A stretch of DNA of 63,013 nucleotides, counting the filler, from Sphacelaria rigidula (lineage: Eukaryota): the NCBI GenBank assembly GCA_964200075.2. It is 9 parts of 9 records of this genome, joined end to end, with 100 filler letters (N's around TTAATTAATTAA, not from the genome) between each part and the next. Parts side by side here need not be neighbours in the genome. Positions count along the whole stretch, not along the records: positions 21,040 to 27,952 come from CAXNAA020017439.1; positions 28,053 to 34,965 come from CAXNAA020017440.1; positions 35,066 to 41,977 come from CAXNAA020017441.1; 6 more parts are not named here. One strand, given 5' to 3'. The translations under genes were made by a program, and so were the position numbers. Shown here piece after piece: positions 26,452 to 39,600 of the stretch; position 1 is the stretch's first letter; each line of letters begins with the position of its first letter. The notes beneath the pieces are model-generated. The model was not told the DNA's origin. It made no database searches and saw only the letters and a list, made by a program, of their open reading frames with translations.

Positions 26452-26708
26452 GAGGTATGCTACGGTAGGGGTGCACTTTTTTCACGAAATTATGTCTAGT
26501 TCGGGGGCTCCTAATGATTCTACATGCACAAAAATATGGGTAAGGGGAACCCCGTTTGCAAATTCATTCGGGATATCCCCAGCACATTGGAGTAGTAATC
26601 CTGGCGTACTTTCATATTTTTTCATAGGTCGTGTTTTGCATGAGATAGAGGGCTCCTAACAATTCCAATATCAGAAAATATTTGTGCACCCCTACCGTAG
26701 CATCCCTC
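26452..26708. mobile_element. Sola-like MITE, copy 2 (opposite orientation), inside a mariner
   Basis: TIR GAGGTATGCTACGGTAGGGGTGCAC; ATGC duplicated at 26448-26451 and 26709-26712; empty paralogous site at 44520-44523. Confidence 0.88.
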
Positions 26709-27240
26709 ATGCACTTTGAGAATATCTTATAGAATCCAACTTTGAGGTCATCGTCAACACCACAGCACCCAAACAAAAAATGCCCATAATCGACCAGACT
26801 TATGGGACAGAGGAAGTAATTGTACAAATATCGACTTTTCATTTTCGTTTTGAAGCGTTTTTTTTTCAGGGCTTTCAGTCACCGCGATTTATCACGGTTT
26901 CTGTTTTATCCAAACTTGGAAATTCCGCACGAATTTCGAAGAATACAAAATTTTCTTCGACCAAGCCCGGACGAGATACGGGCTAACCAGTTGTTGGGGA
27001 TCATATGAGTATCCAGCCGTCAGTACTCTCTCTGTGATATTGTCGCTCGACCGATTCGATCCAGTTCGCAATCGTGAACAATTCAGCTGCTCAACATGTT
27101 ATTTAACCATATACGGTCCACAGCAAACCCTCGATAAACGGGGTTTCACTCGGTACCGTTTCGACTGTACACAGGTGGAAAATATGTGTTCTGAACACGA
27201 CCTGCTTTCGATTCCCACGCCTACCCACCATCGAACCTTC

Positions 27241-27289
<49 letters not shown>

Positions 27290-30200
27290 CATGTCTATCA
27301 TGTGACCACGGCTGGATCTCTGAAGCATCAGTTAATGGGCGACAATCATCATCGCCATCCTCACCATCATCAATATCGTGCGATTATATTGGGTGGGATG
27401 GAGACCACCATAAGCAGTGACCGTGCCACCACCGCACGTGGTATGTCATGTACCAGGGATTTACAAGCCCTAGCCCACGGGTGGAACAGTTGTTCTTACA
27501 GGGCTCTAGGCAGACTCAGCTGCGAGTTCTATGCTGTATGATCCATACGCCCCAAAACTCCAGGGCCGTCCTCGGTTACGCGCTTCGGACTATGGTTGCA
27601 CAGTTCTAAGTTAAACTTCCGTTAGCGGTGTCACTGCGGTTCATACGGTGCGCGGTACTGGCAATGTGTGTCACGGTTATGGGCGCGCCTGACCCCCCAA
27701 ACTGGGCAAAAAAAGTGTTACCGACCAAAAGCATGAAAAGACCCGAACATATCGACTTTCGGGGCTTATTCAGGCTCGTCGGGTAAGATATGCCTCACGT
27801 CATCGGGAGAGAACGACATGGATCCAAAATTCATATAGAGAACCCTACAGTTACTTCCGTCGTTGTTCCATATATGCTGGATGCCACTGCGCCACTGCGT
27901 AGCTTTTCGTCCATGCTTGCGATACGCTGGAGTGCCAGGAGGCTAGTTGGGTNNNNNNNNNNNNNNNNNNNNNNNNNNNNNNNNNNNNNNNNNNNNTTAA
28001 TTAATTAANNNNNNNNNNNNNNNNNNNNNNNNNNNNNNNNNNNNNNNNNNNNCTTGTCCCCTGGTCATCATCCAGGATCCTACACATGCTACATCTACTA
28101 CGCCTTGGTGTATTTTGGCTACAATGCACAGAATTGCCACTGTGGCGAAGCAATAGAGAGCATAACTTATATGTGGCAGAACGAGAACTATGCAGAACGA
28201 AAAACGGGACGTGCAAGAGGGGGAAATACGGGACATGAACGAAGGTAGCATGACGTCGTTTAATGCATAAGACTTTAGGGAGAAAGTGATGGCTACACTC
28301 GGGAGATACTAGGAACGTACATGGTGGCCACAGAAGGCGGAAGAGGACGGGCATTTGATATATGAAAGGTTCTTGCGTGACGCATGGAAGAAACGTGATA
28401 CGCACCGAAATGTTGGAGGTGTCTCTATTAGGAGTAGGAACGGTGCTCCGTCTCGAAAGGGATGCGTGGTCAGAGGCCAAACGACTGAAGTAAACAACAA
28501 ATAAGGACACCTTCCCCCTGAACCATTTCTAGAAGAATACCCACGTATAGGGAGCGCCATTCTTTATTATTTTTATTGATGTCAGTCTTCGTTTTTAGTG
28601 GAACGCGCGTGATGTGGTGGACACGCTCCGTCAACACGCACAGTAAACGAATAGCGGATCGCTAAAGCGAATAGATTCCGAGATAGGCCTCGATGATTAA
28701 TCATACTGTTCAGTTTCGTCCTGTTTTTTCACGTGAAAATACTCTGCATTCGCCGAGGTTCAAGTTCTGCAGGTCTTGGTGATGTACCCTCAAACCTGAA
28801 GTAAGAATTTTGCCGACACCCTGAACCGACGTCGCAAGGTCCAGACTCCAGGCTTCAGCCACGCACGAATACACTCTTGCTAAGAGGAGAGGGGCCGACT
28901 TCGCGTTCGAGCGTGACATGAAGTCACCGGCGTTGAGACCGGTATTAACTCCGTTGACACTTACCCGTATTTTGCGTCCGTGCACCTTTGTGTTGCAAAG
29001 TGATGCTGTACAGTGTTCCCCAGCAGTTGATTCGCAACCCGCGTGCACGGCTTTTTTTCTTCCTTCGTTTTGTTGAGCTATGCTTTGTTGATTGTGTACG
29101 GCTTCCTCACCATATGCCATGCACTACGGCATTTCCTTTTGCTTTGATGGTTGCGCAGGATCGGTACTATTGAAGATGTGTCTTGGAGTCATCTCTTCTC
29201 CCCCCCCCTCCCGTTCCTTCCTATTCTTCTCCCCTCTTTGTGTGTGCTTGTTTTATGTTCCTCGCTGGTGAGTTGAATCTGTTCTTTCTGTCCTCCTCTC
29301 TACCTTGAGCTTCGGTTAGTGAGTCTCTCCCGCCTTTTTACCTCGAGCATGTGCATCGTGTGACCGTGGCTGGATTCCCAGGGGACCAGTCAGCGTGCAA
29401 CAATCAACTCTTGTAATCTTGGCGTATGCTTAAACCTTTTTGGGACCGACCCCCGACTCACACGGGGTTGACCATGTGTTAATAAAATAATGAAAAATAA
29501 GTCAGGAAGCGACCTGCCCAATTACGGCGAGGCGGCGACATTTATCAACCAGACCCGAACAACCAGGGCGAGGACTGCTGCCGAGTATGATGTCACTGCA
29601 AATATCATGTGGGGGCCCTATTCCTGGCCCAGATAAGCCGTCCCAGGTTTCCAAAGCCAGGATGCTCTGAGTATGGCTTCTCATATTACTTTCATTCAGT
29701 ATAGCGTTCCCGGGATTTCCCGGATGTTTTTTTGGGTCGCCAGTCTATACTAAGTTAGGCTCACACAGGGAGAAGTATACATACTACTTTGTCGTCATTT
29801 CGACGAGGCACTTAACCCAGGTCGGTCGTGGAAAGACAAAACGAGCTATCGTCACGTATTCTGCCGATCCCTCTTCCGACGCCTTGCAGTGTGCAGTTAG
29901 CATGTATGTAATGGGCGGGGATGAAGAAGCGGGATATAGGCAGTTGATCTTGGTAGCTGAGAACTGCCCAGAACGTGCAAGGGAGTATGAAGCGGCAGCT
30001 GCTGTTGCAGTCGGAGAGGCGTACTGCACTGTACTGTTGTACAGTATGTACGCGCGCCGCAACGCCCATACCCTTCGAAGAGAATTTGCCGCATGCAACG
30101 AAGAGGAAAATGGCGGCCCACCCCGACCACAAAGGGCTGTTGTGATGGGGATAATAGTATCAACCAAAGCAACGAGTGGCGGGCGGCCCGCCAGTCGCCG

Positions 30201-31288
30201 CATCCTGTTGAAAGCTCTCTACCGCGATCCATACTGCTTGCTACATTAGATGTACATTACCTAATGTGCACCCTGCACGTGAACATAGGTTGGATGATAC
30301 TCTGAAGCTTTCGGTCTTCCTCATAACTCTGCGGTTTCATACGTGTATTTTCAGCAACACGCCACTGCTTCGTGTAGACGCCAGACACGTCATTCCCAAC
30401 CAGCCTCATTGGTCGTTCTGGAGGCTCGGTCTCAAAAGGGTTAACGGAAGCTCATGCGTACGCCTGTCCGGTCCTGTCGGTTTTGGATTTTCCTTGGCTA
30501 AAGAATTCAGCAATGTTACTCTCCATACGTAGGATTGGTTGTCCCTTCTCTTTTCCGCGTCCATGTTTTGTAGATTCCCCGAATCGTATGCGTGCTTGCG
30601 TCTGTCCCTTGCAGAGCTTGTGTGTGGAACGTTCTACCCGCGTAGTGCCGTGTCCAGGTAGCTGAGTCGCTACATCATTCAATCCTTTTTTTCTGTACGA
30701 CCTGCGGACCTGAAGCCATGTACGTGCTGGTCCAGTCCAGAAACGGGTTTAAACTCTCAAAGCAATACCTCATCGACAGAGACGAGTTGGGCCGTGATCT
30801 GCATATTATATTTATCGCCTAATCAAGGGGACGGTGTCCATCCGCTCGACAGTCTGGGCCAATTGTTTCTCGTTGATGGACCGCCATGTCTAGTAATTCC
30901 TACACCGTATGGGGATAGCGTCTACTCTAAAGTCTCTATAGAACCCCGAATGAAGAACACGGCGGATGGTGACGATTTTTGGTGTGGACATTTTCTGGAG
31001 CACGAGGGAGCGATCGATACCATCACATGGACCTAATTCGTTAGAGTAAACGTCCCTACTACGGGACAGTACCAATTAAGGAATCCCTGTTTTTCAATCG
31101 TCCATAAGTCCGCGAAATATTAACCGTTTTTCCATTCTGTTTTTTGCTGCGCGTGCACGAGAGCACGACGCTTCTTTTGAGCTACTGCACATGCCTCTCA
31201 CATCAGAAGACACCATCCCACAGCACTGCGAATAAGGGCGTGTGTGTCTTTCTTCAAGATCAGCTTTTTGATCGATCGGCTTCTAAGC

Positions 31289-31805
31289 ATGCAGAGAGTA
31301 AGGATGGACCCAGAACGTGCAGCAGAGGCCGTAGAAGCGGTACGCAGTGGTCGCATGACCTTCCATGCTACTGCAAATACCTTTGACACCTTCGTTGGTT
31401 CGCTGCAGAAGCGTGTCAGTGGTAGCATAGGCATAGCTGGCAGGGTTGGTCCGGGTACTGTACTGTCGAGGTAGGAACAAAATTCCATCGAAGATATGCT
31501 GAAATTTGCCGCAGCTCGTCAGCAGGTCTGAATAGAGACCGCCTGAAACAGACGGTTACGGCACTCTGGAGCGACAACTGACCGGTGCCATAGGACCCGG
31601 CAGTAGGCTCAGGCCGAAGATAGCTCGACTTGTTCCTTCGGAGACACCCGCGGCTAAGTGAGGGCAGCAACCGCATCTACAAGGCCGACAGGGTGGTGCG
31701 GCCGATGAAGAAGATCGCATGCCGGAGTTTCATGCGGCCTGTAAGGACTACGTGGACAAGGAGAAGCCAGCAACCGATCACAGATGGAACACTGACGAGA
31801 CAGGT
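31289..31805 (+). pseudogene. pogo/Fot1-type (DDE_1) transposase relic
   Basis: psq-type HTH (AAEAVEAVRSGRMTFHATANTF..SLQKRVSG..GPGTVLSR*EQ), CENP-B-type HTH end (LFLRRHPRLS) and first catalytic motif WNTDETG; stops and frameshifts present. Confidence 0.78.
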
Positions 31806-32829
31806 GCTTTACTGTCTGTCAAGGGCCGTTCCGTTCATGTGATACAACACATGCCTATAGAGCTAGAGCCAGGGGCTGTTGCTGTTGAGTGTTGAGTCAC
31901 TCTGCGTTTGAAACGGAATAACTGTCGCCGCATTCTTCGCCGACAAAGCACCCGGCGTTTGCATGCTCGTTGCTGTCTCGGCGTATTCCGTTGATTGCAC
32001 TTACTCCTTATAGAGCTCCTGCCTATACTGTCTGTAGAATTGATGCAAGTACCGTGCCGGGGCTGTGCGTACCACCCGATACTCGACGTACTACTCTGTA
32101 CCGTGCACCGACCCCCCCCCTTCCCCCCCCACCCCCCGCCCCTACACCCGCCACTCGTGGATATCTTCGCCGTAGGTGTTACTCCGCAAGGGACCAGGGC
32201 GTGGAAGGTCATCGCCTAGAGAGATTCGGCGAAGTGTTCGCTGCTTGGCTTGCTCTGTTTCGTGCTCGCTGCTCCCTGTGAGCCACGTCTACCGTTCTCG
32301 TAGTCATTGTCGATTTTGGCGAGAGTTTTGTGGGTGGGGGGGGGGAGGGGGGGGCGGGGGGGCAGCATGTTCGAGTGTTTGTAGCTTTGTGACCCCGTGA
32401 GAGGATGGGATGCAGACTCGACTCAGACAGTCGATCAATGGACACGGCTGACAGCTGATCAAGATGAGGTAGAAATGTATGATGAAGTTTTATCATTGAT
32501 GAAGAGGGAAGGAAGGAGAGTGGACCCAGTAGGGGCCGAGGTCTCAAGATGCGACAAGCACCACTCACGTATGTCTAGTCACTAACATCACAATATAAAG
32601 TCATCCCGCGTGGTACCCGGAACTCAAACAGGTATGTCACTAGACTACTGAACCTTATCCTGACAAGGTGTATCTTACTGACTACCCCAGGCCATCCTAC
32701 GAACACAGCAAACATGTTTCGTTATAACTCGGTCACATCCGTTGAACATCAAATGTTTGCGAGGATTATGTCGAAACCAATTCCACTTGGTTGGGTAGCT
32801 CTAAACAAACAGAAAGCATAAAGCTCTAC

Positions 32830-33715
32830 GAAGGTGTTCGTCGACTTCGGCGTTGTCAAACATGGAGAAGAATGCTCAAATTTGTTCCGAAAATCCGGGG
32901 ACAGGCCAATTTAATCCCCGAATTGACTATTTTCCCTCGTTGGTGACGAAAAAGTGATGCATGGTGAGGCATGGTGATGCGTTGCGATGCGTAAAGATTT
33001 GTGCCAGCGGAAAATATCTGAAACGTCCTTGCTCTAGGCGTTGCATTTTTGCAGTCATTGTCGATTTCTGGTGATTAGGGGGCATCACTCGACGTGCGTC
33101 ATAGTACCTTAATCGTAACCCATGAACACCGAATTTTGGGAGATTACTGACAAACCGTATTTCGATGGGTCAATGAAGGAGGAAACGAAAAAAACTGTTT
33201 CGTCGAGTACGGCGGTGCCAAGCACAGACTTGATGGCGAAATTTGTTCCGAAAACTAGGGGATAGGCCATTTTCAACCCCGCATTATTTTTAAATTCTGC
33301 AAAACGGACCACACTAGTGCCATACACATTTTTAGCAAAGGAGAAGGCCTAAAACGTCACAGGTGTTCCATTTTCGTAGTCATTATCGATTTATGCTGAA
33401 AAATGAGTAAGGGGCACCACTCAACGTGCGTGATAGAGTACCTTAGCCAAAACCGATGAACACCAAACTTTGGGAGATCACTATCAAAACGTATTTCAAT
33501 GGTTTGAAAAAGAAAACGAAAGAAAATAATATAGTTTTTGTCGAGTACGGCGTTGCCAAACACCGACTTTATGCAGAAATCTGTTCCAAAAAACAGGTGA
33601 TCTGTGATTTTCATCCCTGGGTCGAATGTTTCTTCTCCTTGTTTTCCTCGAAAACGGACCGCACTGATCTCATGAACATTTGTACCAAAGTAGAAGGTCT
33701 GAGGCGTCTAAGGTC
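32830..33715 (+). repeat. Degenerate ~350-bp tandem units
   Basis: TCGAGTACGGCG..GCCAA..AATTTGTTCCGAAAA-like motif recurs at ~32840, ~33200 and ~33540. Confidence 0.6.
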
Positions 33716-35971
33716 GTGAGATATCAGCTGCTGCGTAAAGTGTACCGTAATTGAAACAGAGGATGTTTTGGCCGCATTTTTACGTCGATCGAGCCATACT
33801 CCACATCTACTCCTGCAAGTTGGTTTGATATCGTTCAATTTTTAAAAGCTTGGGTGATGGAGATTAAATTGTCTCTCTCCGGATACTCTGGGCATTGTTC
33901 TACGTGTCGTGGTTCCCACGGACCAGCGATTTTCCCGTCAGGTGCTTGAAACGTACCTTAATTGGGACATTTACCTCTATCTCAAGATATGGCGCACATA
34001 ATATTCTACACAAAGACCAATACATTACGAGTATAGGCCTTGAATGCGCTGAATCTGGATTTCGTTCTCAGTTTCTGACGGTTGTGGCTGAAAATTTCGT
34101 ATGGAGAATCGCCAGTGCATAACAAGAAAACTTCTTTGTTTTCATTTGTTTTCGTTTGTTTCAAGGCCTTAGGGAGTTTTGACAAGAAATGGACATTGTT
34201 CGTTGACCTAAGTTCAATTTTTACATCTATGATTTGACGCTTAGCATGGAGAACCGCTAAGGCATACTGAAAATATGAAAAAGTGGGTGTTCATTTGTTT
34301 TTCGGGAGAGGTTAAGACGTTCTCATGAAAACATGGTCTTTACTATAAGACGTCCTGAATCGGTAAAATATATGAAAATCAACCTGTCCCACTCTTTTTG
34401 GTTCATTGTTCCCTCGCGAGGTTCCACACAACATTTCAACAGACAAGTACCAAGCCTGAGCCGGAAAGTGACCTGCAAAATAGTGTCCCAAATTATGACC
34501 GACCCGGTTTCTAAATGGCCCCGCCTCACCTCAAACCTGAGAGTGGACTTGAAAATTTGGTACGGAGAATGAACAGGGAATGATGGAAAAAATATGGACC
34601 CTGAGTTATTCCTCCATGAGTTGATGGCAATCATCAACTTTCAGCTTTCCGTAAAAATGCGTGTAACATGAAAACGAAGAACGGATCCATATATATATAT
34701 ATATATATATATCTGTGTTGAAAATCGGATATCGATACTCGATACGATTTCGATGATATCGGTCGATACGGCGTATCGGTATCGCCGCTTCCCAATCCGA
34801 TATATGTCGGTACTTATCAATATCAATATCAATATCAATATCGGATATTGATATGGTCGATAGATTCATTTTTATTTTTCACTGGGGGGGGGGGGAGGGG
34901 GGGGGGGGGGACAGCACATCGTGCCGCAGCCCATCACCCCGTCACCCACCACACCCCACACCCCANNNNNNNNNNNNNNNNNNNNNNNNNNNNNNNNNNN
35001 NNNNNNNNNTTAATTAATTAANNNNNNNNNNNNNNNNNNNNNNNNNNNNNNNNNNNNNNNNNNNNGTTTCTTGTTTTTTATAGGGTTTTGTGTTTTATTT
35101 TCACTTTATTTAGTAAATCAAACTATTATTTCTTCTCCCCCCCCCCCCCTCTGCACTCAACGAAGACCCAACCGCATGAAAACCTCTGGACTGTCAGCCA
35201 TCGATTTTGTTCCGAGAGAGAGCTTGCAGTAAAAGTGTTTAGGGGCTCGATATCCATTCCTCTCCAGTGGGGGGCTTGTCGTGAAAACATTGCGCAGGTG
35301 TTCCAAGTCTTCCTACTGAGTGTCTCTGTTGATGGCCACTATAGACATCGCGGGAGGATCGTGTAGACTGATGCTAGCATCGCTCTTTTGTTGTCAAAGC
35401 ACGACACAAAAATACTGCAAAGAGAGGCCTACCGGGTTGATCAATAAGGTGCAAAGCATATGAATGAGCCAAGCAGCGAAGTACAGCACTCATTCGCCCG
35501 TGAGATGAAACAAGAAAACGGTTGCTGCGCACGTCCGCATACGGGGTCGCTTCGCTCTGAACATTATCGGACCATGTTCACCTCGACAAAATGCAACGAC
35601 ATATTATAAATCATTGCAATCGAGCACGATTCATCGCTGCCTCGTCCACGGCGTCACTGGTGCAGGTATTTATATCGAGATGTCATCCATGGCAACGAAT
35701 GCAACCTCTTCTCATTGACGAGGTAGCCCCTCCCGCTTCGCCCCCCCCCCCGCGCTGTGTCGGGGCTTCAGTGGCGGCAACACGTACAAAATATCACCAG
35801 GACCTGCACGTCTCTTGTAGGTGACCACCAGCTGCGGCAAGCCCTGCTCATATCCTCTTCCCTTGCCCCCCATAGTTTTCTACGCTGAAAGCAGGTATGC
35901 CATCCACGGTAAGCTTACCATGGAATACCACGTTAGCAAAAGGCCACAGCCGCATACATGGAAAAGAAGGA

Positions 35972-36028
<57 letters not shown>

Positions 36029-36157
36029 GAACAGCATGGTACTCTGTTTATTCACCGCGCATGCGAATAGTATACACTGATCGGGTGCAGTAAATTTGGG
36101 CTTGGGGACGAGCCCCAGAGCGCCATTGATGGTCACGACCGCTGTAGTCGTAGTCCA

Positions 36158-36301
36158 TCACGCTGATCCCTGAGCCTGAATGTTCTTGATGATTTCCTCC
36201 AGATTGCCTTCTTGAGACGCCAACCGCTTCTGCAGGTACGAATGCTTCGCCTGAAGAAAAACGAAGCGGCAACGAGAGAATGGTCTCATGGGCTAGGAAT
36301 G

Positions 36302-36356
<55 letters not shown>

Positions 36357-36646
36357 TAATGCTACGGTAAGGGTGCACAAATATTCTCTGAGCTTTGATT
36401 TGTTAGGAGCCCTTTATCTCATCCAAAACACGACTAATGAAATACGTGACTACGCCAGGACTACTATTCCAATATGCTAGGGACATCTCGAATGAATCTG
36501 CAAGCGGGGATGCCCTGGCCCCTATTCTTGTGCATCTAGAATTTTTGGGGGCCCCTGAACCAGACAAGATTTTGCGCAAAAAGTCCACCCCTACCGTAGC
36601 ATTACTCTCTCTCTCTCTCTCTCTCTCTCTTTCACACACACACACA

Positions 36647-36686
<40 letters not shown>

Positions 36687-39600
36687 CCTCTTCCCGCCCG
36701 CGTATAACGTAACCTTCGATGTTTTCTTAATTCGGTTTTTTCTTTCGAGTCGTAACTATATTCTTGTGTGTTTTTATTATTTCGCCGACGTGTTTAGTAG
36801 AACCCCGTCCTGCGGCACGCCGTATATTTCATGCTCGTGGGCGTCATATTTATTTGTTTTCCTTGTACCTTGCCTTTTTGTGCCATGACTTAGTGACTGC
36901 GGGCGCTAGATTTCCGGAAAAGGGCAACGGTGAAAAACAACACACACGAAATATATGAAGCCGATGGCACTGATTTCACCTGCAATTTCGAAACGGGATG
37001 CAGCAGTAGCAAATGAGGTGTTTTCCCCTCCATGAGACCGCACGGAGATATTCGCTGCTTCCTCCTCGCTTATTTGTCTACAGTCTCAAGTCCCCCGTAC
37101 CCTCGTCTTTGCGCCCGGATCTTTACTGTCCACCTACAGAAGCTCACCTCTAGCCGAGTCGCCGAGTTACTCTTGTCTGATTGCTGAGCATCCAATAGCT
37201 CCGTAATCTCCCCCTTAGTCCGTGACAAGAACATCTTCCCTGCAGGAATTCCCGAGGGACGGAGGGACGGAGGGACGGAGGGACGGGGGTGAGCAGAACA
37301 GTGATGGCAGACGCACGCATGGGAGACAGGAAAAAGTTATCATCTGGAAGGTGGTGAAGTTCTCGCAAAAACTTTGGCAGCGTACATCACTCTCAACTCC
37401 CCCGCAGTGTACGTACGCCTTCAACAACATTCTACAGGCTATGAATCGTTGAGTGGAAAAAGAGAGAAGTATTGGACAGGGAGTTTGTATGGTTGGCATA
37501 TCTTCAACTTCGCCATTCGCTCAAACACGTGCGTGGTGGGATGTGTGGGGATGCGCTACTACAACAGTAATGGCTCGATACCAACTTTCCAAGGTTGTGT
37601 GCTCTGGAGGGTAGAATTGTATTCCCGGGGTAGTTACCTGGGTATTTACCCGTACCCGACGTTTGCGTGAGTTCTGCAAGCCTCTCACACCGGTACCCGG
37701 TAGTTTTGTGAAACCTGTAAGAAATGCTTTCCTTCACCCACGGTACGGGTATACCCTTGTGAAAATGGCCGGTGGCGGGGAAAAGGTTTCCGCACAGCCT
37801 CCACACCGTATCCAACCGTTCTGTAAGTCCTGTGATAAATCTCATACCCTAACAAACATACCCGTACCCTACAGAACACCACCTTGCACCTTTTCGGTCG
37901 CCCACTGGGAACGAGTGTCCATCGAAACGGAGGGGTGTGGTGCGGGGGAGGACGAGTGGTGTGAGCATGTGAAGGATGGGGGGCAATGAGGCACAGCCGC
38001 CGCGATATACAGCACTCATTGAAGAGAATGATAGGTTCAGGGTACTTGGGTGCAACAAGCGGAAAACAAACATAAACTGGAAGCTGCTGCACACGGCGGC
38101 CCTTATTATAGTCAAAGTAAAAAGACGAGAAAAAAAAGCTTGGATGCCGCATCGACTTTCCCAGGATCCTGGATGCTATCGAGCAGCCCGTTTCCAAGCG
38201 TTGTTACCTACGCTCTGATACATTTGCGCATCATCGTCGACCCTGTCTAGCTCCCCCTTCGTCAACACCCCGCGCTTCTGCTCCCTGACGCACGCCTGCA
38301 GCTGAGCCTCCACCTCTGCCAATTCCCTCTTGGTACCCCCCACTGCTTCGGAAAGGTCTTGGAACTGATCAGGGTCGGCATGGCACAGTATACGGAAAGG
38401 AGAGAGGGGAACTTTACATTGAAAAACAAAACGGTAAAATAACAGATACTCAGTGTGACCAAAACGCGAGGGAGATCGCAGTTCCTGGCTTTCCCTTCTC
38501 GTTGCCATCGGCTCTTCCTTTTTTTATATTTCTTGTCTTTTTTTTATCTTCCTATCTGACGTTGTTCAGTCTCCGCTGCGCAGGCTCGGTAGATGATCTC
38601 CTTGAACAGCACTCTAGACAGTAGATCTATTTTGTGATCGGTCTCTGTTTTACGCGACCGTTTCGGTTATCGGCTTACTGGTTGTTATACTCAGTGTATA
38701 CACCGGTACGTGGCAAGGTAGTCGAAGAGATCGCACGCGGGGAATTTTTGGATTTGAGTAGATTTCCTGTTGTTCGATCCGTCTTACGGATCTATCGTAG
38801 TGTAGGTGCCCTTTTATCGTGTAGATGTTTTGTTTCTTACCTGTCACTGCGAGCTGTTTGATTCATGGGTATGATTGGTATGCTCCTTGCACTCGATGAC
38901 CACGGGTTCGAGAGATCGAGCTAATGTGACGAACATAATAATATGATGATGATCGGGCAATATACAAAAAGGGGTATACCATGGTACTTTTGGAACAAAA
39001 GAGGGTGACGCATTTTTTGCTTTGGGGCCCGGCGCTGCACGCGGGCTAAACATCTCAAAAACACGTTCCAGCGCCTCAGCCCCACGCCCAAGGTGTCTGG
39101 GCAGCATACCTGTCCATTTTTTTTTTCATTTTCACAAGTGTTACTGGGCTGAACTGCGGCGCCGAAAATGACAGCCTGTAAGAGTACTCTTTTTTGTAAG
39201 CACAACGGGAGGGTACACCCTGCCCTCTGTTGAAAAGTTATATTGCACCTAGGGCTCGGAAATGGTTTGTCTAACCATTAGCCACTTGAATGGTTACGCG
39301 TAGCGCACTCATTCACCAGTTAAATGATACATAATGGTTTGGTCATCGGGGGGCGCAACCGTGAGCCAAAAAGCTCTCCCCGGCAGAGAAGGCCCAGCCG
39401 GAGGCGCCCCCGGAGGGCCTCAGTGGAGGCGCCGTGCCAGAGGCACGTTTTCACGCAATTTGGCTTCACTAGAGCTAAAAAACACGAAAACGTTTGGCCA
39501 ATTTTCAAGGGTTGTATGTAGCGTACGTAGCCGGTAATGGCTTCTAAAGCCGGTAACGGTGAATTATGGTTTGGAACCATTATCCAAAATGTTCATGTAA

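Larger units (their letters stand above)
23916..26816 (-). mobile_element. Internally deleted Tc1/mariner element with Stowaway-like TIRs and a split transposase N-terminus
   Basis: TA|CAACCTCTGTCCCCTAAGTCTGGTCGGTTATG ... CATAATCGACCAGACTTATGGGACAGAGGAAG|TA. It encodes HTH-type transposase pieces (26246-25976: ...TGRPSLLTPTKVAALKNVYKQDRSL; from 24356 down: TLRQVSDQLKDIGLDYGTETMRRWLKK). No DDE domain seen. Confidence 0.8.

Noticed and set aside
38365-38508. ATG 38508 (MATRRESQE...) as the prefoldin start
   Set aside because: It reads through a pyrimidine tract into a good CAG acceptor at 38365, so it looks intronic; the upstream exon joins in phase.
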